64,000 nucleotides of DNA from Eledone cirrhosa (Eukaryota), in assembly GCA_964016885.1 (NCBI GenBank), contig OZ024745.1:75516001-75580000 (forward strand), in the 5' to 3' direction. This document shows positions 58,562 to 64,000 of the stretch, piece after piece; position 1 is the stretch's first letter, and each line of letters starts with the position of its first letter. A program made the position numbers and the translations under genes. The notes under the pieces are model-generated. The model had not been told where the DNA came from and ran no database searches. It saw only the letters and a list, made by a program, of their open reading frames with translations.

Positions 58562-59572
58562 CCGTATCTGACGGCTTCGTAATAGGAAGCCCCCCCCCCC
58601 CCATATCTGCTATCAAGAATGCGTCTGAGGTGCATCCTCGCGAGGTGGAGAGAATACTTTTCTAATCTTCTAAACCCGATCACAACAGCATCTTTTGATG
58701 TTCAAGAGGTGCATCTGAGAACGGAAACTAATCTTTCTGGGGCTGAGATCACAAGAGCAGTTAGAGAGCTCAAATGTGGCAAAGCCGCTGGGGAAGATGA
58801 AATCAGGCCCAAGAAGAAGAAGAAGAAGAAGAAGAAGAAGAAGAAGAAGAAGAAGAAGAAGAAGAAGAAGAAGAAGAAGAATTTAATATATTAATATCGT
58901 TAATTTTGTTAAATCTGTACTAAAATTAACCTGGTAGGTAATTAATTAGAACTGATGGGGCAATCTAATGCCGTTTTTTTATCAATACTTCAAATATATT
59001 GAAAACTACGTTTAAATACTAAAGTACTAATAGGTAAGGTGCTACTGAGAATTTTGATTTCAGCTCGCAGATTAGGGTTAGAATACTTTTTTCCAAAGAA
59101 TGGACCAGAAAATCACCCTGCATCTTATAAGGTCAAGGGTCAGTTTGTGTTACTGGTTAGTGGGGCTCTAGTGCTCCAGTGGCCCTTAAATTGAACCGCA
59201 AATATAAACAAGGGGGCGATCGCTTCTACATCAACAACGGTAACGTTTTTTTTTTAAAGCTACAAGCTACAATTTTAATAAATTTTATGATGAATAAAAT
59301 AAATTCATTTTCATTTTCTTTTCTTTTAAAAATCTTCTAAATATTTCAACAAAAATACGATGTGGGGTATAAATTATATTTATTTTCATAATTCCTTATG
59401 ATTTAAAATTGTACTAACGTTACAACAAGAATTATGATGTAGAATGATAATAAAAAACTACGATGTACAAACTTTATACCTTTCACCTGACATACGTAGT
59501 TTAAACACATTTATATATTTTTCCTAAATGCCTGACCAGATTGAGGTGTTTTTTATAAGCCGTCAAATACGG
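58562..59572. mobile_element. Non-autonomous TIR DNA transposon (pogo/mariner-like, TA TSD) with nested insertions
   Basis: TA|CCGTATCTGACGGCTT ... AAGCCGTCAAATACGG|TA. Confidence 0.72.
58605..58810 (+). mobile_element. RTE-like LINE ORF fragment
   Basis: ILARWREYFSNLLNP...EITRAVRELKCGKAAGEDEIRP, the region preceding RT in APE-type LINEs. Confidence 0.8.
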
Positions 59573-59845
59573 TATGTATATATATATATATGTGTGTGTG
59601 TAGATAAATCACCAAAATAAACGGCAGTGTCCAATCCGTATGAAGAACTCAATGTAATCCAAATATAGAAGATATCGTGAAAAGAGAAAATGCATTCAAA
59701 ATTTAACGATAAAAATCATAGGAAAACAGAGTCAAGATGAATTAATAAAAACAATAAAATAAAAACAAAGAACAGGTTCCTTATATTGAAAAAAATCATC
59801 ATTTTACGATCGTTTCTGGGATATATGTGTTTGTTTTTATTAATT

Positions 59846-60330
<485 letters not shown>

Positions 60331-60335
<5 letters not shown>

Positions 60336-60640
60336 CAAAATAACAGGAGGCTGTACTGGTGTATATCCTTGAAACGTTTATTATACTATGATCATTTCAA
60401 TGACCGGGTTCAAACTGAACCCGGTCATTGAAATGTTCATAGTATAATAAACCTTTCAAGGATTTACACCAGTACAGCCTCCTATTATTTTATAATAATT
60501 AACTCCGTACTCGCACCACCAACTACACAAACGAAGACGGGTGAGTTGCATTACGTTGAGTGCTCTCCATAATATTACATCGAGGTTGACCACACAGAAT
60601 GATCAGTTTTATCCAGTGGTGAACCAACAAACCCAAATAA
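60331..60640 (+). mobile_element. Fold-back pLTR-like element (centre 60414) with the 3' half of an HHR
   Basis: ~82-bp inverted arms; GAAA-TG(A/T)TCA-TA directly after the central hairpin; the end GTGGTGAACCAACAAACC.AAATA recurs at ~35046. Confidence 0.78.
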
Positions 60641-60651
60641 ATATATATATA

Positions 60652-60812
60652 TATAATAAACAAGAGAGACGGTTTTATTTGTACATCATTTTGAAGATGT
60701 GCGAATAAAACCGTCTCTCTTATTTATTATGCTAAAACTCCGGGTGATACAATACAGAGAAAATTCCAAAGAATACAAATTTTAGAGTCCTTCACGTCTG
60801 TTTTTGATCAAT
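60652..60812. repeat. Short fold-back element (arms ~60653-60696 and 60705-60730) within TA runs
   Basis: AGAGAGACGGTTTTATT / AATAAAACCGTCTCTCT inverted. Confidence 0.7.
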
Positions 60813-61035
60813 ATATATATATATATAATTTATAAAATTTGAAATTTTCTTTTGCTCAGAACACTCCTTGAAATATAAGTATTACATGTGCAAAGTTTTA
60901 AAACAGTCGGTTGGGTGCTTCTCTAGTTTTAGGGATTCAAACTCACACACGCACAGACATACCCACTCTACTACCCTAAGTATTGAGTACTTTGGTGCGT
61001 TATGGTCCACCTGGTTCCTTACCACATTTCCTTCG

Positions 61036-61096
<61 letters not shown>

Positions 61097-61097
<1 letters not shown>

Positions 61098-61280
61098 ATT
61101 GTTTCTACTTTTGGCACAACAAGGCCAGTAATGACCCAGTACATTACTAGTACTTTATTTTATCGACCCCGTAAGGATGAAAAGTTAACCTCGGCGGGAT
61201 TTGAACTCAGACCATAAAGGGCCGTAGCTCTTTGCTGCAAAGCATGGCGTCCGACCCTCTACCGATACTGCCAATCCACC
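61097..61280 (-). mobile_element. S1 SINE
   Basis: Reverse-complement S1 motifs. Confidence 0.85.
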
Positions 61281-61335
61281 AAAATAATATGTGTAAGTCA
61301 AACATGTTAAAATTGGCTTCGTTTATTCTAATTCT

Positions 61336-61388
61336 CTGCTATATATATTTCAGTGACAGCCATTATTGGCTGTGACCTCATCAGGCAA
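61336..61388 (-). ncRNA. Canonical hammerhead ribozyme
   Basis: Minus strand TTGC-CTGATGA-GGTCACAGCCA(ATAA)TGGCTGTCACT-GAAA-TATATA-TA-GCAG. Confidence 0.85.
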
Positions 61389-61683
61389 TAAGAATTAATG
61401 TAGAAAAAACAGGTAAACATGGTGTTTTAATGTGTTCTACCCTGTTAATTCATCGATATGTCCAGCTCTTGTGTGTGTTGTTAGTCCTCAAAGGAACTGA
61501 TATATATATATATATTCATTTTACTAAAGCTAAATGAAATGAATTCTAAAACTCTACTTCGCTATTGAGTACTCCTTTCTCTCAGCCATCATCCATATAT
61601 TTATATATATATATATACATATATACATATATATACATATATATATACATATATATACATATATATATTCATATATATATATG

Positions 61684-61845
<162 letters not shown>

Positions 61846-61894
61846 TATATATATATATGCATACATATATATATATATGTCATATATATATATG

Positions 61895-62006
<112 letters not shown>

Positions 62007-62127
62007 TATATATATATATGCATACATATATATATGCATACATATATATATATATATGTATACATATATATATATATGCATATGAATATATATATATATA
62101 TATAAATATATATATATATGCATATGA

Positions 62128-62263
<136 letters not shown>

Positions 62264-62264
62264 A

Positions 62265-62781
62265 TATATCGAGTCACTCTTGAGTGCTACTGGTAACATG
62301 TAACCCAGTACAACCTGTCGTATGGTCCTCGGCGACTAAACCGTCAACCCCACCAAGTTTACTTGGTGAGGAGGGTGGTTTTGGACACTCTGCAGGACAA
62401 AAAACAAAACCTGACAAAGAACGGAAGAACTCATAACAGTCAACGGCCATCCGAAAGTGTGTAAATATGTATATACACATGTACCGCGCGGTTAAACCAC
62501 TGGGAGTGAAGGACCCCTAGCCTTTGTCAGGGCATTCTTCTAGGAGAAGGCAACTCAGGAAACTGGGATAACTCCGATATAAAACCTGCGGCTCAGTAGT
62601 TACCGATGATGTTGATCTTTTCTTCTTTTCGGATTATAGCTACTGTCGCTTAGAGAGTGGGATTGGCTCAGTGCACAGTCTTGCCTCACATTAAAAAATA
62701 TCTTCACGCACAGGCATTGCACGATAAAATTAATTAATAATGGTATATCGTGTAATAGCTATACTCGATAACGAGGGGGCA

Positions 62782-62788
<7 letters not shown>
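62265..62788 (+). mobile_element. GC-richer repeat resembling an RTE-type 5' UTR-derived element, inserted in (TA)n
   Basis: Motif GGCA....TCTAGGAGAAGG.AACTC recalls RTE 5' UTRs; sharp TA boundaries; no ORF. Confidence 0.4.
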
Positions 62789-62833
<45 letters not shown>

Positions 62834-62835
<2 letters not shown>

Positions 62836-63472
62836 CATGAGAAGAAAGAAGAATACTGCGTGGTTGCAAATAGGTTACATATGATAAAAATAATCCTTCG
62901 TCAGTGATTTTCCAACCATCATTGGTATTTCATGGCATTAAAAATCAGATACCTCAGGTTGGTGCGAGCAATAACTAAAAAAAGTTATTGGGACCAGTAA
63001 TTCGCGTAAAGCGAGGGGGACAAGTAAACAACATAGAAGGATAAAAGCAAACCGAAGATAGGAAAATAAACAAGCAACATGGTTGTCCAGTCAGCATAAG
63101 CTGGGTGGATTTCATGAGCGAGAGAGGTACAGACCGTCCGATGTGTGTGAGATGTAAGCAAGAAGAAACCCACTACAAACCAAACGGGAGGAAGTGAGAA
63201 GGGGAGAAACAGAGAGTGAGTGAGTGGAAGTGCGAGGAAGAGGTCAGTCGAGAGAAAGTGTAACTGACAGAGGGGGCGAAAGAAGGTGAGAGAAACAGAG
63301 AGAGCGGTGAAGCAGTAAGAGAGAAACAGACACACGAAGCCGAGGTAAATATATATAAAAAAAACATGAGAAGAAAGAAGAATACTGCGTGGTTGCAAAT
63401 GGGCTACATATGATAAAAATAGTCCTTAGTCAGTGATTTTCCAACTATCATTGGTATTTCATCGCATTAAAA

Positions 63473-63476
<4 letters not shown>
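62834..63476 (-). mobile_element. 529-bp unit with 114-bp terminal redundancy (pLTR/retrozyme-like architecture)
   Basis: 62834-62947 repeated at 63363-63476; (TA)n flanks; homolog at 31826-31945. Confidence 0.75.
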
Positions 63477-63544
<68 letters not shown>

Positions 63545-63722
63545 ATACAATAACAGAGATAGCTTAAAGCTAAACTCTGACTGGTAACCATCTCACTCAA
63601 CAAACATTAGGTTATATGTTAGTATAAACCCAATTTAAGTGTTTGGGGTGCTAACTATATGTATTATGTGGAAAGCCAGTTGTATTATTTTATGAGATAT
63701 AATTAAAGTTAAAATATATCTC

Positions 63723-63756
<34 letters not shown>

Positions 63757-63878
63757 ATATGTATATATTAATTAAAAGGTTAATTAGTCTCTAATACATA
63801 AACATCTCAATGAATAGATAAAATATATTGATAAGATATCGCTCTGAGAAGCAATATTATATATATATGTGTGTGTGT

Positions 63879-64000
<122 letters not shown>

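Noticed and set aside
62300-62460. Possible HDV-like ribozyme in the RTE-like 5' region
   Set aside because: Could not assemble the nested double pseudoknot by eye; needs an RNArobo/Infernal search

Overview
AT-rich, microsatellite-saturated metazoan intergenic or intronic DNA. The (TA)n/(TG)n/(GA)n density and tRNA-derived SINE content suggest an octopus or other cephalopod genome (inference). No intact host gene, rRNA, tRNA or CRISPR is supported, and nearly all supplied ORFs are microsatellite artefacts. The dominant hidden signal is a dense set of minimal type-I hammerhead ribozymes (HHRs): about 14 motifs with intact or compensated cores, plus degenerate or half motifs, from roughly 8 or more unrelated sequence families. 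Nearly all lie in Penelope-like (PLE) terminal repeats or in small non-coding tandem or inverted units embedded in (TA)n. Most striking are two homologous but diverged non-coding retrozyme-like families (467-nt unit in a 3.1-copy array; 414-444-nt unit in three circularly permuted insertions) that keep the same chain of hairpins and ribozyme by compensatory change. Also present: degenerate Neptune-like and Naiad-like PLE ORFs, a third PLE GIY-YIG tail, four CRE-like and two R4/Dong-like RLE retrotransposon fragments, an RTE fragment, TIR MITEs, two SINE families, 34-bp and 44-bp minisatellites, and a ~287-bp higher-order trinucleotide array. All assignments are by eye from motifs and base pairing; no searches were run.
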